Part shown: piece after piece, positions 1 to 12,100 of the stretch
Position numbering within the stretch: the stretch's first letter is position 1
Layout of the letters: each line of letters begins with the position of its first letter
DNA from: Sphyrna mokarran
Lineage: Eukaryota
Assembly (NCBI GenBank): GCA_024679065.1
Contig: JAGIQG010000018.1
Coordinates: forward strand, 23,498,001 to 23,562,000
Direction: 5' to 3'
Length of the DNA stretch: 64,000 nt
Notes under the pieces: model-generated
What the model was told of the DNA's origin: nothing
The model's database searches: none
Seen by the model: only the letters and a program-made list of their open reading frames with translations
Translations under genes and position numbers: made by a program

Positions 1-2399
1 GGTTGAGAGGGATTTCTGGTAGAAAAATGTGCAGCATTGTTTCAGCGCTTTGGCTGTTTCTTGGATGTTGATGAGAACTGGGAGGTGGAGCAGGGGTATT
101 GATTGTGAGGGGCCAATCCTTTGATCAAATCAGTGGTGAGCCTTAGTTACCAAAATGTATCCAATTTATTTGAAAGACCAATTCTTCAACCCAGGCATGT
201 TGTCTGATGAAATGGTGTGATTGAAAGAGAATTGACTTCACAGGGTACCAAAGGCAGAATTTTAAAAAAACAAAGAAAATTACAGTTTTTGAAGCCAAGC
301 ATTCCATGTGACAAATTTAACCTAGGTGTGGATATGTGCATTTGTGATCTTATGTAGTTATGTAGACTTTGAATATCCTTAGTTAGAAGGAATCCAGATT
401 TTGAGGTTTTCAAGCAACTAAGTAGGGTTCAAATTGGTGTTGCTTTAGGACACAGGAGCTCTCTGGTCATTTGGCTTCCCTGTGGCTAAGGGTTTTTAGG
501 TAATTGGGCAGGTACTTTCCTATATCCTAAGGATACCCGTTAGACTCTCTTGAACTATTCAGTCTGATGTTGGAAGGCATCGGACAATCCCAAATCTGTC
601 ATCTCCTAACAAAAGTTGTACAATATTTTGGACAACAGGACTACAATGTACATTGATCTTGAAATTGTCCATCAAATCTCTTTTCTCTCCTCCCTCCCAT
701 GTCCTGTTTTGGAGTGGTTCTGCTTTCTGCCAGTACTTCTCATTGATAATAAATGAGTTATCTGGGGCTAGGCATGTGGATAATTGGAGGTGAGAGCTTG
801 CAGTGTGACACTTGGTGACTCATTTTATTGGTGCAGCAGTACGAGAAACACCCCAAATTTAATTACCATCAGTATTGCTAATGCTGTATATGTTGTGTGC
901 AGTCTCAGTGTCCACCAGTCCCTGCCATGATGCACGTTCTCTGAACACACTCATATTTGAGTTTGTTTATTTGGTTTGATCTTAAAGGAGGCCAACTATG
1001 TATGCCTTTCAATGGACGACTGGATTCTGTTCATTATTTTCTTATCAATTCAGTCCAGCACTGCTTCCAAATAGGTTCCCTGTGCAATGCACTGTGCCTG
1101 CCATGCTCTAAGGAAACTGGAGGACACCAGAACACTACGTGGATCTGCTCTGTCAGTCACATCTGTCAAAGAACTAAGAATGGGAAAGTTTTATATGCAA
1201 ATGATCATGGTTACCCTGTTATTGTGCATTTATAAAAATGTTCCTTGAAATAAAACTGATAAATTGCAGCCAAGAAGGAGTTTATAGGTCGCAGAGGGAG
1301 ATGAAGGAAATATGTATACAGCATTTAATTTGCAGCAGACACTCAAGGTACACATATCTACGAGCTTTACACTCAACTTTGCAACACAGAAGTAGGCTAT
1401 TCAGCTTTTTGTGTCTGTTGCTGAAAGAGAGATACACCATACCCCATAAGATAAAGGCAAAACAGTGCTGATATTGTAATCTGAAACAAAATAGAAAATC
1501 TCAGCAGATTCAAGGGTCATCCTGACACCAAACGTTGGCTCTATTCTTTCTTCACTAATGCTGTTAGACGTGCTGAGATTTTCTAGCATTTTCTCTTTTT
1601 GTTCCACTTTATTCCAAAACGCTGCCATCTCACTGTTTTCTGTTCTAAATATTTATTTGCTTGCTTCTCTATTAAATTATTAAGAAGCATTTGGGTGTGA
1701 CAAAGTTGATGCAGCAAAGAAGCAAGGTTTAGATAGCCTTTTCCCACTTTTGACTGTTCTTCTGCCCAACAGCTGCTCTGCCTATCCTCAGGTGACTGCT
1801 GCCAACTGCCAATGAGATCTTCAACTCGTGCCAGATGGTTGGCAGTTTTGTACTGAGGGCCTCCCTAGTCTGTTACAGTATCTGGCTGTCCCCTGTCCCT
1901 AAATCTTACATGATTTATATTGCACTTGTGGGCAACTCTGGTTAGGCCAGCATTTGTCACGCATCCCTCATTACTGTAATAAAACATCCCAAGTTGATTC
2001 ATAGGGTAATAATTTGACAAGAAGCCACTAGGATATTTGGTCAAATTACTTACAAACTTTGTCAGATTAATAAATTTTAAGGCACATGGTAAGCTTGAGG
2101 GAGGGATTTTAGGAGCTTGGACTTGAGCCCACATAATTGAAGGCATGGTGAATGAAGAAATTGGGGAACTGTAAGAAGCCATTGTTGGAGGAATGTAGAG
2201 TTCAGAGGATTGTAGGATTAGATAATGAGACTTATTGCAACTCTGGAACACCAAATAATAAATTATTTTACGTTTGAGTGCAATAAGATGAAACTGTAGT
2301 TATTTACTGATGTTAACCATTGTACAGCTGTTTTCTTTAAATAGTGCCAAAGAAGAGTAAATACAGAAAACTGACCCCCTCCCCCCCCACAACACAGAG

Positions 2400-2506
2400 C
2401 TCCCTCAATACCACCCTTCTGCCAGTGCTGCACTCCCTTGATACCACCCCTCTGCTAGTGCTGCGCTCCCTCGATACCACACCTCTGCCAGTGCTGTGCT
2501 CCCTTG
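2400..2506. repeat. 33-bp minisatellite, ~3.2 copies
   Basis: Units ctccctYRataccacMcYtctgcYagtgctgYR start at 2400, 2433, 2466, 2499. Confidence 0.9.
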
Positions 2507-2854
2507 GGACCGTGCTTCTAAAGGAGCCATGAGTCAATTGCTGATTGATTGATTGACCAAGATACTATTGAGGCAGATGTGAAGCTCTAAATCAAACAGC
2601 ATTGTAATGAAGCAGATACATCTTCTTGCTTGTTCACCTCATGGACATAGCTGCATGGATTATCTGTTTTGAGAAAAATTGCCCAATAAGGCAGGTTAGA
2701 ATAATAACCTAACTAGTATCTGAAATATTCATGAACAAAGGAAAATTAAGTTTGCTTGCACAGTCATAAATTGCTCCCCCTTCAGCATGCAGGAACTCTT
2801 CAACATAATCAGCCTCAGCTTTGGTATGTGTTAAAACATTATGATCTCTTCCTT

Positions 2855-3960
2855 GGTAGTAGTCATCAGCTGTCCTTTGATTCAAGGATCACATCTACCT
2901 CCAAGTGTGAGTTTCTGCCGTAGGTCTTCATTGACTCAACAGGCTGATTCTTAACTCCCAGATCTTTGGACACATGGGATAGAAACTCCCACAAGATAGT
3001 GGGATCTGAGTGCAGGATTTACTTCCTTTTCTTCTTGGCTGCCACTCTACCTCATTAAGACTTCGAATTCAAAGTGTGAATTTGAAGTTGTTCTCAACTT
3101 TAATGATTGGTAGCAAGTTCCTCCCAATCAACAGTGTCAATATGTCAATGCTGTCACATACTTAAAAATTCAAGATGTCTTTGAGGCATTTTCTTTGTGT
3201 GTATGTCCACCCACACACACCCAACTTTGGGCCATTTGAGAGTTGGGAAAACAGGATCCAGCACTTTGGAACAGTGTCCAATCCATTAAAATTGATTTTT
3301 CAGCAGTTTTTCGTAAATGATTGTGGTTTCAAGAAAGCTAGCAGCATTTGTTCCATATTTCTCTGAATCTAGAGAATATGCTAGAAGCATTGCTGATGGA
3401 ATTTCTCTAGCATTTTTATGTGTTGTTGATATAGAGTTGAGTTGGTGAGGTCAGCCTTCTCCGTGGACCTTTGTTGACTTGCAGAAGTCTTTGTTGCCAA
3501 AACGCTTGCTGCTGTAATTTGTAGAAGGGTGGACTGATTCAAGTATCACGGTGTTGGATCTCAGCAACCACCTCACTCAAAAGGCCATCATTGATGATGA
3601 GTTGCAGGAGGTATTTCAACATATTCCAGAATCTCTCCAGCATATATGGGAGGTGGAATATTTGACTGACCTAGTGTGGTTAATGAGTTTTGGCAACATC
3701 ATGAGTTTCTTGTCAGCAAAATTGAAGAGATCAAAAGTGGTTTGCAAACCTGTGTGGGCAATGATACCACAGTTATCTGCAAACTGTGTCTCTGTGGTGG
3801 TCAGCTTAACTTTGGCACCAAACCTAGACAGTATTTAATACTGACAGCAGAAGGCAGCTGCGTCTCTTACCCACATTTCTTTGACTCATGTTAAATCTTA
3901 CATGCAGAACAGGATCATAAATGGAGCCTTTGACGTGTATATAAAGCATCATGTTGCAAA
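2855..3960 (-). mobile_element. RTE-clade LINE 3' fragment
   Basis: Minus strand gives a decayed HIKMLEKFHQQC..IL.I motif typical of the RTE C-terminus. Confidence 0.6.
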
Positions 3961-4444
3961 GTGTTTAATTCAGAAATATCTCCACTGTCAATGCTTTAAT
4001 TTTACAGAAACATTACAATGATTTTCTATTTTTGACCATCCATCCCTGTAAGTATACCTCTACTTCCTGTTATCTGAACTTCTGTCTCTCCCAAGAGATT
4101 GCATCAGGCTGCCTTCTAACATTGCTCCATCTAGAGCTACTGAAAATCATTGTTCAGATAAAGCATACTCAGGCAAATTCATGTAGGAAATAGGAGTAGG
4201 AATAGACCATTCAGGTCCTTCAATTCTACTCCATCATTCAACTAGCTGATTTACCTCAATTTTCCCACATTATCCCTATAACCCTTAGACTTCTACATAT
4301 TAAAGATATCATCAGTCTCTGTTGTGAACATACTCAATGACTGAGCCTGTATAGCTCTGTGAAGTAGGGAATTCCAAAGAGTTAAAGCTGGTGCAATTGG
4401 AATTTCTTCACTCAAACTGCCTATCTTTTTCTGAGAAATATATT

Positions 4445-4630
4445 ATCATTCCTTCACTATTGCTGGATTGAAATCCAGAATTCCATCTTATGGGAAACAG
4501 CACTGTTGATGTACATACATGGACTACAGTAGTACAAGAAGGCAACTCATTATCACCTCATGGGTAATTAGAGGTGGACAATAAATGCTAGGCTAACCAG
4601 CAAAGTCTACATCCCTTGAATAAATAAACT
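4445..4630 (+). mobile_element. L2 LINE-type 3' tail
   Basis: caagaaggcaactca...ggacaataaatgctaggctaaccagc...acatccc...aataaa. Confidence 0.5.
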
Positions 4631-4802
4631 CTCATCCAAAAAAAAAGTACAGTACTCCCACAGTACTGATGTGCCAGCCTGGATTGGTGGCAGCCCTACC
4701 TCTCAGCCAGATTCTCTGGCTAAGGAAGTTGCATTCATTCAAACAAGTTACTAATTTGCCTGTAAATTGTTCTATTAAGCCTGATGACAGATAGTAAAAA
4801 TT

Positions 4803-5128
4803 ATAGAATCATTGCAGTGCAGAAGGAAACCATTTGGTCCATCCAATCTGCATCAACACTCTGACAGAGCATCTTATTCAGGTCCCATCCATAACTCCAC
4901 ATATTTAGCCTGCTAATTCTCTTTAGCTACACATCTTTGGACACTAAGGGGCAATTTAGCACAGATAATCAATCTAACCAGCACGTCTTTGGACTGTAGG
5001 AGAAAACTGGAACATCTGGAGGAAACTTATGCATTCATGGGGAGAACTGAAGACTCCACAGTCACCCAAGACCAGAATTGAATCCAGGTCCCTGGCACTG
5101 TGAGGCAGCAGTGTTAGCCATTGTGCCA
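4803..5128 (-). mobile_element. tRNA-derived HE1/V-SINE with CR1-type tail
   Basis: Reverse complement of the ggcacaatggctaacactgctgcctcacagtgccagggacc head and V-domain. Confidence 0.8.
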
Positions 5129-5409
5129 GAGAATTACCCACACAACCACAACTTCAGGAGACAAAGGCAAGTCACAGCAAGACATTGTCAACCTGAATCA
5201 CATCAGTCCAATGGAAGTCCATGACTGCTAATACTCTTTGGGCATAGGACCTGAAGGAAGGCGGGGTTGGGGGGGGGACATGAACACAATTTTCTGTCTC
5301 CAAGGCAAAGCTGGTCACTGAGCTTTCAGAGACCTTGTACGCAGCGAGGAGACAATGCGTTCAGGAGATGAAGACAGGGAGCTGAGCAAAGTGACATTGA
5401 CTCAGTAGC

Positions 5410-5640
5410 AGCTCAGCTCCCGCCCTTTTCTCTCGGTTGCCCAGGAAGTAGCGGGCAGCGGGGTTAAGTGGCGCTGTGATTGGTCGGCTGAGCTGTCACT
5501 TAGGCCGGTTGCTAGACAGTCGCATTTAAACCGTTCTGTTCCCGGCATGCAGCCCGGGCTGGGTTCTATTTAAATGAAAGTAGCCAATAGGAAGCGGCGC
5601 TGGGCTAAGTAACCGCCGGCCCTGCTGATTTGAATCAGAG
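5410..5640 (+). promoter_or_regulatory. PLK1 G2/M-type promoter: CCAAT (NF-Y) boxes and CHR elements
   Basis: ATTGG 5479-5483, CCAAT 5584-5588, CHR TTTGAA 5629-5634, TTTAAA variants near 5525 and 5568, GC/E2F-like TCCCGCCC near 5419; all within a CpG-rich zone. Confidence 0.75.
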
Positions 5641-5826
5641 CCCGCGAGCTGTGGGCCGGGACGGACGCTGCAGCTTCCTTATCCTCTCTTCTGTAAGCAG
5701 CACACAGCAAAATATCACTCCAGGCCTGTGCACCAACCCCGGGACTACAGCCCTGGAAAGGACTCGTTCAGGGACTTTGCTTTTCTTCCTACCCCTCCTC
5801 TCTCCTCTGCATTAAACCCATTCAAA

Positions 5827-6183
5827 ATGACCACTGCGTCCGGTAAACCGTCAGCCAAGTTGGGGACAGTGGTGACCCCGGTGGCCAAAGAGATCCCCGA
5901 TATCTTGGTGAACCCCAAGACCATGAAGAGGTACGTGCGGGGTCGCTTCCTGGGAAAAGGGGGGTTCGCCAAGTGCTACGAGATCTCCGACATGGACACT
6001 AACGAGGTGTACGCCGGCAAGATCGTGCCCAAGACGCTGCTGATGAAGCCGCACCAGCGGGAGAAGATGTCCATGGAGATCTCCATTCACAAGAGCCTGA
6101 ATCACTGTAACGTGGTGGGTTTCCACGGCTTCTTCGAGGACGATGACTTTGTCTACGTGGTGCTGGAGCTGTGCAGGCGGAGG
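5827..6183 (+). CDS. PLK1: PLK1 exon 1 (MTTASGK...LELCRRR)
   Basis: ATG in aaaATGa context; [12 protein letters not shown]; donor AGG|GTGAGT. Confidence 0.95.
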
Positions 6184-9100
6184 GTGAGTGTGCTTCGGGG
6201 AGAAGCAAATTGCCTGTCCCGTCCCCGGGATGGTTTGTATTGAATGGGCGGACTGACCGTTTTAAAACGGGAGGCTGAGGGACACAATGAAGCCGCTGAA
6301 TGGAGCGCTTGGCAGCGTTCCGGCTGTGGAACTAACTGTAACCATTTGGGAGAGGCTCCGGACAACGGCACCAATCAGAGGGGCCATTGACAAAGCCAGT
6401 GGATACATTGTTGCCAATGTATCGGCTCCCGGCCGAGGGAAGGGTGCAGGCTGGCGGCCTCTCCCTGCTCCCCTTGACCCTTCACTGGCTCTCTCTCCTC
6501 CCGGGTGGAAGTGGGCTTCGAATTGGGTTCGGCGCCGCCTCATTGGCCCCTCGCTTTAAAGGGAGTTGATATTTAAAAAATCCAGCAGCTCAGCGGGTTG
6601 GCCGCGCAGACGCTCCGTCTCAAAAAATAGGCGGAGCCTCTTGGCTAGGAATTGAAACCCTATGGGAGCTTTCGACAGATCGACAGTTCCCAGCTCACAT
6701 TCCCCCACCCCCTCACCTCCGTATACTAATTTACCAAATGGCTCCATGTAGTCAGTAAGAAGTGTCCCAACAGTAGACTATTTGCTGTGTTTACCCCAAT
6801 CCAACGTCGGTATCTCCACTCCGTATAAAGCCATAGTTTATACTCCGGTAATGAATGTTCCACGCTCCCCATATTAATTTACAAATGGCTCCGTGAAAAG
6901 CCAGTAAGAAGTCTCGCAATACCAAACTTCTGTGTTTACCCCAATCCTCCGCTGGTTTCTCCATTTCATATAAAGCCACTGTTTGTACCGCGGTAATGAA
7001 CATTCACCGGTTCCCCCAGTCCCCACTGAACTGGGACTAAGACCGCGTGTCGCTAATCAGGTCATTCTCTTTTCCCAGTCTTTTTAACTGAACTCTCTTT
7101 TTGATTGCCATGCCATAATTAAAAAAAAAATGTCTCGTTCAGTCTCTATTAGAATTGCACAAGAGGCGAAAGGCTGTTACTGAACCGGAGGCCCGGTATT
7201 ACCTGAAGCAAATCATCTCAGGCGGCCAATATTTGCACGATAACCACGTTATCCATCGAGATCTCAAGCTCGGCAACCTCTTCCTCAATGATGATATGGA
7301 AGTGAAGATAGGTAAAACTTTGCCACCGTGTCTTGTCCCGGTGTCAGTACTGCGTGGCCAGTTTAACTGAGCCACTTATGGAACTAAGTTATTGCTTTTC
7401 TCTTGCAAACCGTGCATACGCTTATCAAAAAATATTAAACTCACTCAGAATATCTTTTTGTATGTACATCAGGAGGACACAGGAACTTGAGAGTTCAGGG
7501 CTTGCTTTCCTTGACTAGTACGAGTTAATATTTGTGTAAAATTTGAAGAGTGCATGATCTGAACCTCGCTGGATTTGCGCACATTTTACACTCGAATTTC
7601 TTCGGAACTACATGAGTGATTCTTTAATCGGGTGCACCGTAAGAGATAATGGGTGGTAGTAGTGGGAGGTGCCATTTAAACGGATAGTGACAATTAAAGG
7701 GGACTGACCAATTGGTATGATAGAAAACGTGAGTGCATCTCGATTTGCGTTGGCTGCGAGGGGAATAGCTAACTGACTCGGTCCTACTGGGTCGCTGTGG
7801 GTTTATAAACAGAAACAGTTGAGCAAGTCTTCCGCTGTGCTGAGTGCTTGTAAATACACTATATGAAAAAAGTAGACTACATTGGAATACTTTTGAACTT
7901 GTATAATGTTTGAAATGATACTTGAAACTTGTACATCTGATGTGCTAAGTGCAATTTTACAAGATGTAAATTTTAAATTAAAGCACCGTCTCTGACCTCC
8001 CACTGAGGCAGCCCCTATGAGGACTCTTGCTTCCCCAGCTGTTACCAGGTACGGTCAAGAGTGACTGTTGAATGCAGTCAGCTGGACTTTGTGATCTAAT
8101 GATGATACTGACATGCCTGTCTTACAGCACCATTCAAATGCCAATTTGGGATTTCTTCCAGCACAGTGGCTAATCTGGCCTTTGTGTCATTGACCTTTGT
8201 GGGGAGGGGGGGACTTGCATTTAAATGTTTTTCACAACTGCTAGACATCTGAAAACATTTTCCAGCCAATTTAATACTTTTTTCAAGTTTAGTCTCCTGT
8301 ACTGTATGAAATGCAGTAGCTAAAATACACACAGCAAGGTCCCAAAAATATAGAAGATAGTAAGAGGAGGCAGCCATTTGGCCCTTCAAGCCTGCTCCAC
8401 CATTCATCACCAAAATGTCTGATCATCCAATTCAAGAGCCTAATTCTGTTTTCTCCCCATAACTTTCGATCCCATTCACCAAGTGCCATATCTAGCTACT
8501 TCTTGAATGTATTCGATGCATTCAAAGTCCTTGTGATAGTGAACAGATAATCTCTTTGATGTTGATTGTAGATTAAATATTGACCAGGCACCAGGGATAA
8601 CTTCCCCTGTTCTGAAATGGTGAGTTGTCCAATCTCTTTGGTTGTGGTCCCTGTCTCCTTTCCAAATCCCCCCTCAGATGGAAAGATTCCCACTGGGAAA
8701 CACAAGCAGAGGCAAGTATCAGCTGGGTCACTGAACCTGTCCACCTTAGCATGGTTCACCATAGCCTTCTCACCAAGTTAGTTCAAGGATACCAGTCACA
8801 GCCCCTGATGACCCACATGTCTGCTTCCTAGCATTCTTTTTCCTCAGTTATTCAGACTCTTTCATAAGAATGAGGAAAGGCAAGCAATGTAAAATAAAGA
8901 TTACAATTTAAAGTGGCCTGGAGGATCTCTGCATAAATTTTTGAAGGCAGGGTAGTGAATGAGAGATGCAGAATCCTGGATGTTGTAAATGGAGCAATGG
9001 GGAGAAAAGCAAGGAAATTGAGGAACATTTATAAAACACTAGTTTGGCCTCAACTGGTATTTTGTCCAAATCTAGACACCATGACTTATGAAGGGAATAA

Positions 9101-12100
9101 AGGCATTTGGAGAGGTTGCAGAAATGATTTATGACAATCGTTGCAAGGATGGAAAACTTCAGTTAAGTGATTACATTAGAGAACTGGAGCTGTTCAACTT
9201 CGGAGAAGCGAAGGCTAAAGGAGGGTCTGGACAGTGTAGGCAATGGGAGGTGCGGTTTCAAAAACCATCCCCAATTATGGATGTGTGAGAACCAGAGGAC
9301 GTCAATTTGAAGTGATTAGCAAAAGGCCCAAAATTAGCAATGGCTAGGATCTGGACTGCATTGGTGGAGTCCAATGTGGCGGAGACAGATTCTTTCATGA
9401 ATTTTAAAAGGAAATTGGTTACGTGTAGAGAAAATGTTTACAAGGGGAAAAAATATTGGGGTAGGGACTAATTGAGTTGCTCTTGTAGAAAGCTGGCAGC
9501 GAAATAGCCCTCTGTGCTGCAACCATTCTGAGAATAAACATTGACCTATAGTATGGATTGTTTTGAAGGTGACTTTGGCCTGGCCACAACAGTACAATAT
9601 GAAGGAGAACGCAAGAAGACCTTGTGTGGGACACCCAACTACATTGCTCCAGAAGTGATTGGCAAGAAAGGACATAGTTTTGAGGTTGATGTCTGGTCTC
9701 TAGGTTGTATTATGTGAGTATTTCATTCTCTACTCAAGGAGATTTCAATTTTTTTTTATATTGTATCCTGCTCACATTGTACAACCACCCTCTTGCAGGT
9801 ATACACTACTGGTGGGGAAACCTCCATTTGAAACTTCTTGTTTGAAAGAAACATACCTGAGGATAAAAAAAAATGAATATAATATTCCCAAGGTGAGTGC
9901 TTAGCATAAAACTTCTATTCTGGGCAAGTTATTTCAGAGGTATCCGGGACATCGATGAAAGTTCTAGCGTTAAATTTTATTGATTTAATGAAACCCATCA
10001 GTGGTTGGGAGTCTATCACCAGGCCAAGTTGCTGAGGATAAATTTCATGCATTTATTATTGATGTCTTGTCACTTAATTGCTAGCAATCAGTCTTAAAAG
10101 AACTACACTGGCGTAGAAAAGGTCAGAAATCTATCAGAAAATACTAAGCATGCTGTGGTTTTTGTAGAAAAACAAAGGCTAAAAGGTGACTTGGTAGTGA
10201 TCATTTAAGATTATGAAGGAGTATAGTTGAGATGTTCCCACTGATAGGGAATCTGAAACTAGGTGCCATAAATTGGAATGTCACTAATAAAACCAATAGG
10301 ATTACTGCATGAAGTGGTGAGACGCAAGCATAGATGTGTCCAAAGGGAAGCTAGAGAAGTGGGAGATAGAAGTATAATACTATGAGAAGATTGGCGTGCA
10401 TGGGTTGATTGGTCTATTCTGTAATATTTACCTTCCTTTTAACCAATACTACTCTAATCCTCAGCATGTAAATCCTGTGGCTGCTAGCCTCATACAGAAG
10501 ATGCTCCGATCTGATCCAAGTGCGCGGCCCAACATCCATGAGCTGCTGAACGATGAGTTCTTCACATCTGGCTACTTGCCTGTCCGGTTGCCCACGAGTT
10601 GCTTGACAATGGCTCCCAGGTTTTCTCTAGCTCCTGGTGGGATTGATTCCAGTTTGAGGCGGCCCCTTACTGAACTCAACAAAGGTACTGTACGTTAGGA
10701 GTCAATGGCCATCCCATCAGTGCCCAATATATCCGCTAGATGCTTGTGCATATTGTGTAGGATGAATTAGAAGTTTCTCAATATACCAAAGATGATCCAT
10801 TTCTAAATGTAGTAATTATGGGAGACTTTTCATTTGCATGTAATCTGGACATACCAAGTGACGGCTTGGAAAATGAATTTGTAGAATGAATTTTTGATCA
10901 CTTTTTAGAACAATTTTAGGAACTGACTAGGGATAAAGCTTAAATGTTGGAAAAACTCAACTGGTCAGTCTGGTGAAAATTCATTAAGCTGAAATGTTAA
11001 AGCTATTCTCTCTCAACAGAGGCTGCCAGACCTAAGTATTCCTAGAATTTTAGTTTATTAATATCACAAGTAGGCTTACATGAATACAGTATATTCACCT
11101 TCTCTGCCATTTCATCATTCCTTGATAATTTTGCCTTCCCTGCTTCGATGTTTATTGGGTAGAAATCTGCAGACCTTTCAATTTATTTTAATATTCCTGG
11201 TTAGCTTACCTTTTTTCCCCCTTTAATCAATTTTTGGCTGTTAAAAGAATACCCCAATTGACAGGTCTACTATTTGTTTACAACATTATAAGCCTCGTTT
11301 AATTCAATACAATCATTAATTTCACTAGAAAGTCACGAATCAGTGTTTTTTTTTCAAAAATGAAACATTGAAAATCCCCTGGTCAGCACACTCCAGAGCT
11401 TGTTCAGGAATACTGAGGGAGAATTTAGCATGGCCAATATATCTAACCAGCACGTTTTTCAGACTGGGCGGAAACTTGAAGCACCCAGAGGAAACCCATG
11501 CAGACACGGGGCAAACATGCAGACTCTGCACGGACAGTGACCCAAGCCAGGAGTTGAATGAACCTGGGTCCCTGCTGTAAGGCAGTAGTGCTAACTGCCA
11601 CTCTGCTGCTCTGTACCATGTTTCCAATATCCACAATATTTTGCTTTTTATATTGAGGATAAAGCTATTTTAGATCTAGTTCTGTGTAATAATGGTTAGT
11701 TATGCCCAGGGATGGCAGGGTTTTTTTGGGAATGTAAGCAATGATCATAATGTAATTAAATTTGAAATTGACATACTCCCAGGCCCAGGTATGAGGAAGA
11801 GTTGATAAGGCAGCAAATAAACAGTAAGAAACGATTTGAAGAGTTAAAATATATCATTTTGGGGGGGAAAAAAAACACTGATCTGTGACTTTCTAGTGAA
11901 ATTAAGGATTGTATTGAATTAAGAGAAGAGGCTTTCAATGTTGTAAAGAATTGTAGTAAATCTGTCAATTGGGACATTCTTGTGGCAGCTAAAAAATTGA
12001 TTAAAAAGGGAAAAAATAAGTGAGTAAGCTAACCAAGAATTTTAAAATAAATTGAAACTTCTGCAAATATATAAAATGAATAATTAACAAATATTGATCC

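Larger units (their letters stand above)
5340..7350. promoter_or_regulatory. CpG island over the PLK1 promoter, exon 1 and intron 1
   Basis: Visibly high GC and CpG density against the AT-rich, CpG-depleted background. Confidence 0.75.

Noticed and set aside
1-900. Possible neighbouring-gene exon or LINE remnant
   Set aside because: No recognisable protein motif or splice-consistent exon could be supported
5660-5680. CTGCAG as an IRE1/RIDD cleavage loop in the PLK1 5' UTR
   Set aside because: The flanking stem is poorly paired and the motif is common
5745-6569. Several overlapping ORFs on both strands
   Set aside because: By-product of the GC-rich PLK1 exon 1 and CpG island
8095-8255. ATGATGA box C candidate in PLK1 intron 2
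   Set aside because: No properly spaced box D or terminal stem
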